In this document: positions 24,768 through 36,671 of the stretch, piece by piece
Numbering within the stretch: the stretch's first letter is position 1
Layout of the letters: each line of letters opens with the position of its first letter
Source: the human T2T-CHM13v2.0 reference genome, Homo sapiens
Direction: 5' to 3' (one strand)
Length of the DNA stretch: 64,000 nucleotides
Assembly (NCBI RefSeq): GCF_009914755.1
Contig: NC_060947.1
Notes under the pieces: model-generated
Seen by the model: the letters and a program-made list of their open reading frames with translations, nothing else
Told to the model about the DNA's origin: nothing
The model's database searches: none
Translations under genes and position numbers: made by a program

Positions 24768-26451
24768 ATGAGTTTTCTTCTCCCTAAACATTCCTTTTTG
24801 TTTCAACTATTTCTCATAAAATGAGTTGGGCTATCATCATATGCCAACAGGAAAAAATGTGTCTTCAAGGGTCTGTAGGCCAAGTTACCAAATGATGTCC
24901 TCTCCACTCTGGTAGTCAGGGTGATATCAGCAAAGGTCCCCTCATTTCAGTATGGTCAAAGATTTATTTGAAATTCAGTGTATTACCAGCAATGCTTGGC
25001 CCAACTTCTCTAGTATGACTGACTTCCTGAGCAAGAGACTCAATATATCTGGGGCTCCAGAGCAGCCAAAGGTATTCAAGGGTCTCTTCATTTATACCGT
25101 ATCTTATTACACAACATCTATGCATCTGAGAAAGGAACTTCACCAACAGAGCAGTGCAGAAGACCCCGACATGGGTTCCCTGCCCTGCTTTTACTACAAA
25201 CTCACAGAAGCCAAAGGCTACCCGCAAAGGGCAGGTGGGTGGTCCTCACTATCAAGTCAGTATCTCTGGAGTATAGGGCCACCTCCTGTACAGGCATTAA
25301 GGTCAACAGGCTTCATGTAGAAGCAATTTCAAACCAACACCTGTGCTTGTCAGAGCATGATGGGCATTCAGAAAAACCCTCACTCTGCACTTTTCACACT
25401 CTAAAGTCAGACTGTTGGGGCTATAAAATATATGTGATGCAAAGTATAGTAACTTTCAGAGGACTAACAAGAAATTATAATATCACTGCTTTTGGAAAAT
25501 AGGTTCTAGTGGCCCTAGGGCATGTTTCATCCCTGAAGGATTGTGGGTATTGAAAACAAACCACTACCTGCAGTTAAAGTGAGAACTCCATGCTGTAAAA
25601 TCAGTGTTAACCAGACATCCTACACTTATGTGATTTGTCTTAATTAGAGTTTGAGCTCCATAATTCACTGTCTCAGCGGCTTATTCTGGCTGTATCCCTC
25701 AAGTTTGCACAGCCAACCCCACCTTCATTCTGTAGTGGAACCCAAATAGGATCCTATCTATTGGAGCCATGTCTGCTAAGTAAAAATAAAAATGGAGATA
25801 CCTAGGGCATGACTTTGCACTACAGGCTGAAAATGCTGCAGTTTGTGCAGAAAGCAGTACTTGTACAAATTTCTACAAATCAAGAATTAGAAGAGGAGAA
25901 AATAATAATGTGGATCATCACAGTGTCCTGGAAGGTTCCCCCTCCAAGTTTCTTCATATTTAAAAGATAGCAGTCTCTCAAAATGTTAAATTATCTGAAG
26001 ATGATACTTTTATCAGTAACTTCTTGAGTCAAGCAGACCAACAGATGGGTCTGTAAATTTGGAAGCAAAGACCCAAGTGGGACCATAAAGAAACATTTAT
26101 AACAGATATCCAGCATTCATTAAGGGGTCTCAATTAAACCACTGCCTTTGCTAGAACTCCATACATATGATATTGCATTTTTCATCATATATTAGGATTG
26201 CTTTCCCCAAGTATATGAAATCAAGAGCTAAGAGAAATATCAACCAATTGTTTTGGAATCCCCAGCTAGGCCAAACAGAATCCTATATCCTGATTCCCAT
26301 CACTGAACCTCACAGTGGGGCTGACTTCTGATGTGCAGCTGATTGATTGCTGTCACATCCTTACCTATATGTTTGTGGCCTCACAGACCTCTAGCAACTT
26401 AAAGGATACTGGGCCAAATTTCACAAATTAATGGCCCATTTCAGGGATTGA
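24768..26451 (+). pseudogene. Decayed intronless LRR-(Ig)-TM-TIR receptor (Toll-like receptor-related) pseudogene
   Basis: Manual three-frame translation gives colinear motifs. LRRNT CVFKGL*AKLPNDV (24858), then DISKGPL (24923). LRR remnants LNISG..PKVFKGL/HLYRILLHNIYASEKGT/FTN/SSAEDPDMGS (25039-25179). LRRCT NP..C (25375-25388). Ig-like motifs (25503-25720). TM-like IIMWIITVS..FFIFKR (25902-25967). TIR box1-like DDTFISN (26000), ADQ/RWV/NLE, PIVLESP (26244), TYM/WP (26363-26381), box3-like YWAKFHKL (26407) and TGA at 26449-26451. Many frameshifts and stops. Confidence 0.65.
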
Positions 26452-27089
26452 GTATATAAAAGTAAATAATATATTCAGATTACCTAGGATCTTCTTTTCT
26501 TTATGGCTATTGTCCTCTATGACTCTATTTATCCATGAACTTCATTGCTTCTTAGAATCATTTTCCTGAATTACAGTGTCCAAAATGAAAGTCCACATTT
26601 TTTTCAACAGAGGAATGGGCACTTTTCTGAAAATAAGCCATATCATATTGAAATACAGTTACACAAAATATGTGAAGATACCTTATTTAAATCATTTCTT
26701 AGAATTATAGAATTTTAGAGAAAAAGGAACTTTATGCACTTTTTATTGAACTTGTTTTGATTTAGTTAAGCTCTCTCATTTTACAGATGTGGAAACTCAT
26801 ACTCCAAAATATTATGAACAATTTTGCCCCTGTATTCACCTGTTACCAGTTACTGCTCTATCTGATGCTGTTTTTGTCTTCAGTAGAACTGACTCGCCCT
26901 GAATTTTTCATGTTTTAGTTAGAACTTGTCATTGCTTACTCGTGGGTCCAGACGCTAGTCCAATATGCATCAGAAGAACTTGCAGGTGGTTTATTTTCTT
27001 TCCACTTGCTCTTGAAGAGACAGCTTTGCTGATTTCTGCATTTCAAAACCTGTCTAGTACCAGACATTTCATGAAGAAGATCAAAAGCT

Positions 27090-27275
27090 CTCACTCTAAG
27101 TGAAACAAAATTTGGTTTAATTAATAGCTGTGTAAGCTTAGGCAAGTTACTTAACCTCTCTGTGTCTTAGTTTTTGCATCTGGGAGATAAGGTTAATGAC
27201 ACATACCTTGCAGGATTAACGTGTGAATTAAGTGAGATAGTGAATGTAAAGCACCTGGCTCAGATTTAGAGTGTA
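27090..27275 (+). mobile_element. MIR
   Basis: tagctgtgtaagcttaggcaagttacttaacctctctgtgtcttagtttt...gaatgtaaagcacctggc. Confidence 0.75.
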
Positions 27276-27509
27276 ATAAATCATTGCAGTTTTTCTTATC
27301 TATTAAACACAATATTGGGAAAAGCATTATATGGCTTTTTAAAAAACATTCCTTGTTAGATAGGAGGCTGCTTTTTTCCTTTTTGAATCTTCAGTGCAAA
27401 TAAAAATGTGGGAAAATGTGCAGCAAAATGGTTTATTTTTGGCATTTGCCTGTTTAAGAGAGTTCCTCAGCTACTTTAGCAATTCAATTAATGCGCCTCT
27501 TCTCTCCAG

Positions 27510-27568
27510 GGATTCATCTGGCATTTATTTACAATGAGTTTCCTTTTCAACTAACTACCATACACCAG
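27510..27568 (+). other. Candidate 59-nt internal exon
   Basis: Acceptor gcctcttctctccAG|G with an upstream ttaat branch-like site, and donor CAG|GTAACC. Unique sequence. Confidence 0.3.
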
Positions 27569-27719
27569 GTAACCTGAGCATATCTACAAATCTTTTAACA
27601 AAATTGTTATACAAATAATGTATGTTTTAGATGAAAAACTAGAAATTACAGAAAAACACAAATGAAGAAAAGTTAAATATTTATACTTTTACCACTTTCT
27701 TACAGAAATACATTATTTA

Positions 27720-27771
27720 CCTATCTGTATCTATATAATCTATATTTGCATCTATCATCTATTTATCTATC

Positions 27772-27814
<43 letters not shown>

Positions 27815-27835
27815 ATCTATCATCTATACATCTAT
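27720..27835. repeat. (TATC)n tetranucleotide microsatellite
   Basis: Perfect TATC run ~27773-27814 with degenerate flanks. Confidence 0.95.
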
Positions 27836-28859
27836 TTGTGGCCATAGCAACACTACAAAATCCCTTTTAAAATGATCAGTTTCCCTCTGGCAAGAGACTT
27901 CATAATGTAGTATTTTCACTGATTAGTTTCATATGTTATTTAGCAGGCCTGATAACAGTGTATAATAGCAAATAAATTTTAATGAAGTAGACAATTTAAA
28001 TTGTGCATTGACAGTAATTTCATAGTCCAGGATAATGAACTTAATAGACTACAGCAGAGTATTTCTTCCTTTTTGTTTTGTTCATTCAACAAATGTTTAT
28101 TAAACACCTACTATATGCCTATTCTGAGAATAGAACACGGAATAACAGATAGAAATGGCTACTGGCAAGAAAGTTACATTCTAGTACAAACGTAAATTTC
28201 TTCTCTTAATACAATGTGATGCAATGCAAAAATGAAACACAGAATAGTTGAGTCAATTCATCTAAGTCACTAAACTATAAAAGGAAACAGGAAAATAAAA
28301 GGAGCTATTAACTTTATTCCACATTTCACAGCTTTGAGGCATCTTTTTAAAACACTTTTTTGATCAATTTTTTTAATTTTAATTGACAAATAATTGTGTA
28401 TATTTATGAGGTACAATGTGATGCTTTGATTTATGTATACATTGTAGAAAGATTCAATCAAGCTAATTAAAATGGAAAATTCTAAACCTGTACTAGAGAG
28501 AATGATACACTGATCCCCATATACCTATCATTCAGCTTCAACTATTCAATTAATGGCAAATTTTGTTTCATCTAGATTATTTTGAAGCAAGTCCCTTATA
28601 TTTTATCTTTTCATCTGTAAATGTTTAGGATGTACCTATAAAAGATAAAAACTGTTTTATTCAATATAACCACATGCAATTATTACAACAATTTTCCCCT
28701 GATATCAAATATATAGTCAGTATCTTAATTGGTCATTATGTTTTTTAAATCTCTTTGAATAGATATTTCCTCTCCTTCCTTACTTTTTTTCTTGTTATTT
28801 ATTTGTTGAAGGGTTTTTTTGTTTCCCACAGTCAGTTTTGCCTGTGAAAATGTTTTTAA

Positions 28860-30020
28860 ACAACTTTGTTGAGATATAATTCACTTATAGTAAATCCAGT
28901 ATATCCACAGAGTTGTGTATCCACCATCACAATCAAGTTTAGAAAATTTTCATTACCCCAAAAACAAACCCTGCATCCCTTAGCCATGACACCCCAACAT
29001 CACTCCCTACCACTGGCAACCACTAATTCATTTTCTGTCTATTATTCCAGACATTTTATATAAATCAAATAATACAATGTGGTCCTTTGTAACTGTATTA
29101 TTTCACTGAGCATAATGTTTTTAAGGTCAATTCATGTTTCATTTCATTTCTTTTCATGGCTGAAGAGTATTTCATTATATGGATAAACCACATTTTGTTT
29201 ATCTTTTTATTGGTTGATATGCATTTGTGTTGTTTCTACTTTTGGCTTTTGTGAGTAATTCCACTATGAACATTCATATACAAGATATTTTGTGTAAATA
29301 CATTCTCATTTTTCTAGGGATGGAATTGCTGGATTATATGGTAATTCTATGTTTAACCAATTGAGGAACTGCCACACTATTTTCCACAATGGCTACACAA
29401 TTTTACATTCTTACTGGCAACGTATGAGGTCTCCAATTTATCCACATCCTCTCCAACACTCATTTTAGTTGATTTCCTTATTATTATTGTAACTATCCTA
29501 GAGGAGGTGAAGTGGTATCACATTATAGTTTAGATTTTTATTTCTCTAGGGACTAATGATGTTGAGCTTCTTTTTATTTGCTTATTGTTCATTTGAATAT
29601 GTTATTTGGAGGAATACCTATGCAAATCCTTAGCCCAGTTTTAAATTGGCTTATTTTTCATTTTATTGTTGAGTTGTAAGAGCATTTTACATATTCTAGA
29701 TACAAGATCTTGTCAGATATATGATTTGCAAAATTTTTTCCCATCTGTGAGTAGTCTTTTCACTGTCCTGATGGTGTCTTTTGAAGCATACTAGTTTTTA
29801 ATTTTGATGTTGTTGAATTTATCTATTTTCGCCTTTTGTTGCTTGTACTTTTGGTGTTATATCTAAGAAACTACTGCCCAAACTATAGTCATAAGGAGTT
29901 ACATCTATGTTTCTTCTAAGAGTTTTATATTTTAGCTCTTACATTTATATCTTTGATACATTTTTAGTTAATTTTTATATATGATGAGATGTAAGGGTTC
30001 AACTTCATTCTTTTATACTG
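28860..30020 (-). mobile_element. L1MB-like 3' region
   Basis: ctttgttgagatataattcac... L1MB 3' end, followed by ORF2 remnant. Confidence 0.75.
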
Positions 30021-30898
30021 TCGGCATGTTTTCAGTGTCCTGTTTTTTTAGCCAAAAATTACCACGTAAGTAAGTGTTCCCTCAGTTCAATTATCTCAAC
30101 TCAATATGACCTGAGAAAGCATTAGAATTTGATAGGGAGCAGAGGTTTCAAATCATTCTACCCCAAAGCTCCTTCATCTGAAGCCAGAGCTGGTATATCT
30201 TTCTTTTGTTAAAATGACAGATAAAATTATATGTATTTATTGTGTATAGTATGATGTTTTGAAGGATATATACATTGTGGAATGGTAAAATCTACATAAT
30301 TAAGAAAAGTGCATTATCACACATAGTTATCATATTCGTAGTGAGAATGCAACATCCACTCTCTTAGCAATTTTTCAAGAATACAACATATTGTTATTAA
30401 CTATAGTCACCATACTGTACGATAGAACTTATTCCTCCTATTTAACTGTAATTTTCTATTCTTTAACCAACATCTCTCCACCTGCCCCCTGTAACCAACC
30501 ACCCTGCCCTCTAGGTAGCCACCATTCTATTCTACTTTAATGAGATTAACTTGTGGATTTCACACGCATGAGATCATGCAGTATTTGTCTTTCTGTGCCT
30601 GGCTTATTTCACCTAACATAATGTCCTCCAGGTTCATCCATGCTGTGACAAATAACATGATTTCCTTTTTTATGGCTAAATAATATTCCAAAGTGGTACT
30701 GGAATAATATTTCAAGTGGTATATATGCCACTTTTTAAATCCATGCACTCATTGATGGACACTTAGTTTTATTCCATATCTTGGCTATTGTGAATAGTGC
30801 TGCGATAAACATGGGTATGCAGATATCTCTTTGACATACTGATTACATTTTCTTTGGATATATACCCAATAGTGGGATTGCTGGATCATAAGCTAGTT

Positions 30899-31959
30899 CT
30901 TTTTTAATTTTTTTAATTTAATTTAATTTTAAGTTCTGAGATACATGTGCAGAACGTGCAGGTTTGTTACATAGGTAAATGTGTGCCATGGTGGTTTGCT
31001 GCACCTATCAACCCATCATCTAGGTATTAAGCCCCACATGTATTATCTATTTATCCTGATGCTCTCCCTCCCACCCCCGAACAGGCCCGTTATGTATTGT
31101 TCCCTTCCCTGTGTCCATGTGTTCTCATTGTTCAGCTCCCACCGTGATTGAGAACATGCAGTGTTTGATTTTCTGTTCCTGTGTTAGTTTGCTGAAGATG
31201 ATGACTTCCAGCTTCATCCATGTCCCTGCAAAGGACATGATCTCATTCCTTTTTATGGCTGCATAGTATTCCATGGTGTATATGTACCACATTTTCTTTA
31301 TACGGTCTATCATTGATGGGCATTTGGGTTGATTCTATGTGTTTGCTATTGTGAATAGTGCTGCACTGAACATACACGTACACGTATCTTTATAACAGAA
31401 TGATTTGTATTCCTTTGAGTATATACCCAGTAATGGGATTATTGGGTCAAATGGTATTTCTGGTTCTAGCTCCTTGAGGAATTGCCACACCGTCTCCCAC
31501 AATGGTTGAACTAATTTACATTCCCGCCAACAGTGTAAAAGTGTTCCTATTTCTCCAAGCAATTGCAACAAAGGCAAAAATTAACAAGTGGGGTCTAATT
31601 AAACTAAAGAGCTTCTGCACAGGAAAAGAAACTATCATCAGAGCGAACAGGCAACCTAAGAATGTGAGAAAACTTTTGCAATCTACCCATCTGACAAAGG
31701 TCTAATATCCAGAATTTACAAGGAACTTAAACAAATTTACAAGAAAAAAATAAAAAAGTGGTCAAAGGACATGAACAGACACTTCTCAAAAGGAGATATT
31801 TACGTGGCCAACAAACATATGAAAAAAATCTCAACATCACTGATCATTAGAGAAATGCAAATCAAAACCACAATGAAATACCATCCCACACCAGTCAGAA
31901 TGGTGATTATTAAAGGGTCAAGAAACAACAGATGCTGGCAAGGCTTTTTTAAATTTTTT
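30899..31959 (-). mobile_element. L1PA8-10-like insertion with twin-priming inversion
   Basis: Minus segment 30901-31557 and plus (inverted) segment 31558-31943. Approximate TSD cttttttaa(a)tttttt at 30899 and 31944. Confidence 0.85.
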
Positions 31960-32219
31960 GAGGAACCTCTGTATTATTTTCCATAGTTAGTATACTAATT
32001 TACCTTCCCACCAACAGTGTGCCAGGGTTTCCTTTTTTCCACATCCTCACCAACACTTGTTATCTTTTGTCTTTTTGGTAATAGCCATCCTAATAGGAAT
32101 GAGGCAATATCTCATTGTGGTTTTGCTTTGCATTTCCCTGATGGTAATGATGTTGAGTATTTTTTCACATACCTGTTGACCATTTGTATGTCTTTTTTTG
32201 AGAAACACTGATTCAGGTC

Positions 32220-33022
32220 TTTTGCCCATTTTTTTTCTTTTTTTTGTTTTCTTTTTTGTTTTTTTGTTATTGTTTCTTTTTTGTTATTATACTTTAAGTT
32301 CTAGGGTACATGTGCACAACGTGCAGGTTTGTTACATGTGCTATGTTGGTGTGCTGCACCCATTAACTCGTCATTTACATTAGGTATTCCTCCTAATGCT
32401 ATCCCTCCCCCCTCCCCCCACCCCATGACAGACGCCGGTGTGTGATGTTCCCCATCCTGTGTCCAAGTGTTCTCATTGTTCAATTCCCACCTATGAGTGA
32501 GAACATGCAGTGTTTGGTTTTCTGTCCTTGTGATACTTTGCTGAGAATGATGGTTTACAGCTCCATCCATGTCGCCACAAAGGACATGAACTCATCCTTT
32601 TTTATGGCTGCATAGTATTCCATGGTGTATATGTGCCACATTTTCTTAATCCAGTCTCTCATTGATGGACATTTGGGTTGGTTCCACGTCTTTGCTATTG
32701 TGAATAGTGCTGCAATAAACATACGTGTGCATGTGTCTTTATAGTAGCATGATTTATAATCCTTTGGGTGTATACCCAGTAATGGGATCACTGGGTCAAA
32801 TGGTATTTCTAGTTCTAGATCCTTGAGGAATCACCACACTGTCTTCCACAATGGTTGAACTAGTTTACAGTCCCACCAACAGTGTAAAAGCGTTCCTATT
32901 TCTCCACATCCTCTCCAGCACCTGTTGTTTCCTGACTTTTTAATGATCGCCATTCTAACTGGTGTGAGGTGGTATCTCATTGTGGTTTTGATTTGCATTT
33001 CTCTGATGTTTTGCCCATTTTT
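32220..33022 (-). mobile_element. 5'-truncated L1PA5/6-like insertion
   Basis: T-rich tail 32234-32290, L1 3' end to 33008. TSD ttttgcccattttt at 32220-32233 and 33009-33022. Confidence 0.9.
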
Positions 33023-33259
33023 AAATCAGGTTATTTGTTCTCTTGCTATTGACTTGTGTGAGTTCCTTACTTCCTTATTAGATACATAGTTTGCAAATAT
33101 TTTCTCTCATTCTCTCCACTCTGTTTATTTCCTTTGCTATACAGCAACTTTTTAGTTTGATGTAATCCCATTTGTTTATTTTCACTTTTGTTGCCTGTGC
33201 TTTTGAGGCCACTGTGTAGCTTTTCCCATATGTTTTCTTCTAGTAGTTTCATAGTTTCA

Positions 33260-34190
33260 TTCTGTTAGGCTTACAAAAAACATCATATAGTTATAACAGG
33301 TTGTTTTAAGCTGACAGCAACTTAACTTTGATAGCCAAAAAACAAACAAACAAACAGAAACCTACAGTTTTACCCCATTCTTCACTCCCACATTTTGAAT
33401 TTTTTGATGTCACCATTTACATATTTTAATATTGCATATCCCTTAACAAGTTATCATAGTTATTATATTTGATAATTTAGTCCTTCAATCGCCATACTAA
33501 ACATATGAGTGATTTACATGCCACCATTACCATATTATTCTGAATTTGACTATGTCCTCACTTTTACTAGAGAATTTCATACTTTCAAATGTTTTCATGT
33601 TACTCATTAGAGTTCTTTCTTTTGCAGCTTGAATAATTCCCGTTAACATTTCTTGTATGACAGGTCTGATGGTGTTAAACTCCCTCAGATTTTGTTTGTC
33701 TGAGAAAGTCTTTATATTTCCTTCATTTCTGAAGGATAGTTTTGCTGGTATAGTATTATTGGTTGACAGTGGTGTTTTTTCTTTTCAGCATTTTGAATAT
33801 ATCATCCCATTCTATGCTGGCCTACAAGGTTTCTTCTGAGAAGTTCACTGCTAGGCATATTGGAACTCCCTTATATAGTATTTGCTTTATTTTTCTTGCT
33901 GCTGATTTCAGGATCCTTTTTTTGTCTTTGATTTTTAATAGTTTGGTCATAGTATTCTTATTTGGATTGAATCTGATTGGAGACTTTTCACCTTCCTGTA
34001 CCTGGAGATTTATATCTTTCTCCAGATTTGGAAATTTTTCTATTATTTCTTTGAATAAGCTTAGATCCCTTTCTCTTTCTCTTCCCCTTCATGAACCCCT
34101 ATAATCTGAACATTTGCTCTTTTGATGCTATCCCATAAATCTCAGAAGCTTTCTTTATTCCTTTTTATTCCTTTTCTTTTTTCTCCTTTG
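33260..34190 (-). mobile_element. L1M ORF1/inter-ORF remnant
   Basis: aggtctgatggtgttaaactccctcagattttgtttgtctgagaaagtc (reverse complement of the ORF1 C-terminal region). Confidence 0.7.
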
Positions 34191-34194
34191 ATTG

Positions 34195-34900
34195 TATTTT
34201 TTTTTATTTCAACTTTTATTTTAGATACGGGGGTACATGTGCAGGCTTGTCACATGGGGATTTGTGTGATGCTGAGGCTTGGGGTACAGATCCTATCACT
34301 CAGGTAGTGAGCATAGTACCCAGTACGTACCTTTTCAACCCTCACCCCTCCTTCTCTCCCTGCTCCAGTAGTCCACAGGGTCTATTGCTGTCATATTTAT
34401 GTCCATGTGTGCTCAGTGTTTGGCTCCCACTTTTAAGTGAGAATATGCAGTATTTGGATTTCTGTTTCTGTGTTAATTCACTTAAGATTGTGGCCTCCAA
34501 CTGTATCCATATTTCTCCAAAGGACATAATTTCATTCTTCAATATGGCTGCATAGTATTCCATGTTGTATATGTACTGTATTTTTTTTATCCAATCTGCC
34601 ATTGATGGGCACCAGGGTTGATTCCATGTCTTGGCTATTGTGAATAGTGCTGTGATGAATATATGAGTGCATGTGTCTTTTTGGTTTATGATTTATTTTC
34701 CTCTGGATATATACCCAGTAATGGAATTGCTGGATCAAATGGTAGCTCTGTTTTTTAAGTTTTTTGAGAAGTCTCCAGACTGCTTTCCACAGGGCTGGAC
34801 TAATTTACATTCCCATCAATGGTGTATAAGCATTCCCTTTTCTCTGCAGCCTTACTAGCATCTGCTGTTTTTTTGACTTTTTAATAATAGCCATTCTGAC
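34195..34900 (-). mobile_element. L1PA16/L1PB1-like 3' end
   Basis: tttcaacttttattttagatacgggggtacatgtgcagg...gtagtgagcatagtaccc. Confidence 0.8.
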
Positions 34901-35019
34901 TGTATATTTTTGAATAATCTTTCTTCAAATTCACATTCTTTCTTCTGTTTGATCAATTCAGCTGTTGATTCTCTCTATTGCATTTTTTATTTTATTAATT
35001 GCATTTTTAGTTATAGGAT

Positions 35020-35235
35020 TTATTTTTTATTGTTAATTTTAATTTTTGTGGGTACATAGTTGGTGTATATATTTATGGGGTACGTGAGATATCTTGATAC
35101 AGGCATGTAATGTGTAATAATCACAACAGGGTAAATGGGATATCCATCTTCTCAAGCATTTATCCTTTGTGTTATAAACAATACAACTACACTCTTTTAC
35201 TTATTTTTAAATGTTCAATTTAATTATTATTGACA
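35020..35235 (-). mobile_element. L1MA2/3-like 3' end
   Basis: ttttgtgggtacatagttggtgtatatatttatggggtacgtgagat. Confidence 0.75.
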
Positions 35236-35474
35236 AAGTTATTAATATAGGTACACTTATTAGAGATTATGGATTTAGTGCATTAGCTTGTACAGAAGGA
35301 AGTAACTCTAACAGCTTCTTTGGCTAGTTGACTAAAATTTGGACTGAATGGCAGCCTACATTTAAATCAGTTGAGATGTTAGAACTTTCGTGACATAATG
35401 TAGAGGAAGGAATATGAAAGCTTAGGGAGATAGGAATGATGGAGTGAATTCATCATATGTGATTTCCACAGCCA

Positions 35475-35475
<1 letters not shown>

Positions 35476-35521
<46 letters not shown>

Positions 35522-35526
35522 CACAC
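35476..35526. repeat. (CA)n microsatellite
   Basis: CA dinucleotide run. Confidence 0.95.
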
Positions 35527-35602
35527 TGTATCCCCCAAGATGGCCCAGAAAATATTCCTTTCACTAAGGTTTTGAGAAATATATTAGTGAGAAGAGCACC
35601 AC

Positions 35603-36122
35603 TGTATTAGTCGCCTAGTGCTACATTAACAAACCATCCTCAAACTTGGAAGATTAAAAAAAACATTTATTTAGATCACAAGTTTACAGATTGACCTAGT
35701 GGTTCTGCTGTCCTGTGCCAGGCTCAGCTTACCTTGACAAGACTCACTCATGCTTGTGACATCAGCCAGCAGGTCATCTGAGGGCTGGCTGGTCTTGAAA
35801 GAACTCAGCTTAAATGGCTCATCTCTATTCCCCATTGTTTTCTCATCCTCCAGCAGGCTAGCTTAGGGTTGTTTATATGACTGTGAATAAGGTTCCAAAA
35901 GAGAAAGTGAAAGTGTACAAGGCTCTTGAGGCGTGAGCTCAAAACTAGTGCAATGTCACTTCTGTCACATTCTATTGGTCAAAGCATGTTACAAGGCTAG
36001 ACTAGATTCAAGGCATGGGGAAATATATTCTACCTCTTGATAGGAGGTTATTCGCCACAGAGCAAAGGAGCATGGATACAGGGAGGAGTAAAGAATTGTG
36101 GCCATCTATTCAATCTACTACA
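35603..36122 (-). mobile_element. MLT1-family MaLR solo LTR
   Basis: tgtattagtc...aacaaaccatcctcaaactt...ggccatctattcaatctactaca (TG...CA). Confidence 0.7.
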
Positions 36123-36526
36123 ATCAGTGCCCTTGTAAAGTTCTGTGATGGTTGTCTTACGTAGGCCAGGTATGACAGTGGAAAGTTACAACACTGAGAT
36201 GAGTGCCCTGATATCAGTCAGTATGATGGTATCCCTGAGTAGCAGAGGCCAACTGTCAGCCCTTAACTACAAGAGATGAGAGTAAGTACTTTAACTGGAA
36301 ATAAGGACAAAGTGATTATCACAATGTTTTGGTCCTCAACAATTTTTGATGGCAGCTAATTCATCACAGTGTCCTTTGGAATGAAATAGATGGGTAGATT
36401 ACTAAAATGATATTTGATCTAAACAACAAGAATCTAGGTTTGATAGAAACTTGACTTGAATCACTAAAATGGAAATTCATGGCTCCTCAAACCCAGTTCT
36501 AAAACACCTAAAAAGTTCATAGACCA

Positions 36527-36671
36527 GGCCGGGCACGGTGGCTCACGCCTGTAATTCCAGCACTTTGGGAGGCCGAGGCGGGCGGATCACAAGGTCAGGA
36601 GATCGAGACCATCCTGGCTAACAAGGTGAAACCCCGTCTCTACTAAAAAAAAAAAAAAAAAAAAAAAAAAA
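36527..36671 (+). mobile_element. AluY left monomer only, with long poly(A) and TSD
   Basis: AluY diagnostics (gatcgagaccatcctggctaac) end at tctact and run straight into pure A. TSD aaagttcatagacc ends at 36525 and 36682. Confidence 0.9.

Larger units (their letters stand above)
30205..33260 (-). mobile_element. L1MA 3' region hosting two younger L1PA insertions
   Basis: tgacagataaaattatatgtatttattgtgtatag L1MA 3' end. Host sequence resumes in register after each insertion. Confidence 0.75.

Noticed and set aside
24952-25320. The 122-aa ORF as a real protein or a Ty3/gypsy gag-derived (RTL/PNMA-like) gene
   Set aside because: No capsid or CCHC motif holds up. The ORF is a chance open frame crossing LRR remnants that switch frames, and the LRR-TM-TIR reading explains the whole region better.
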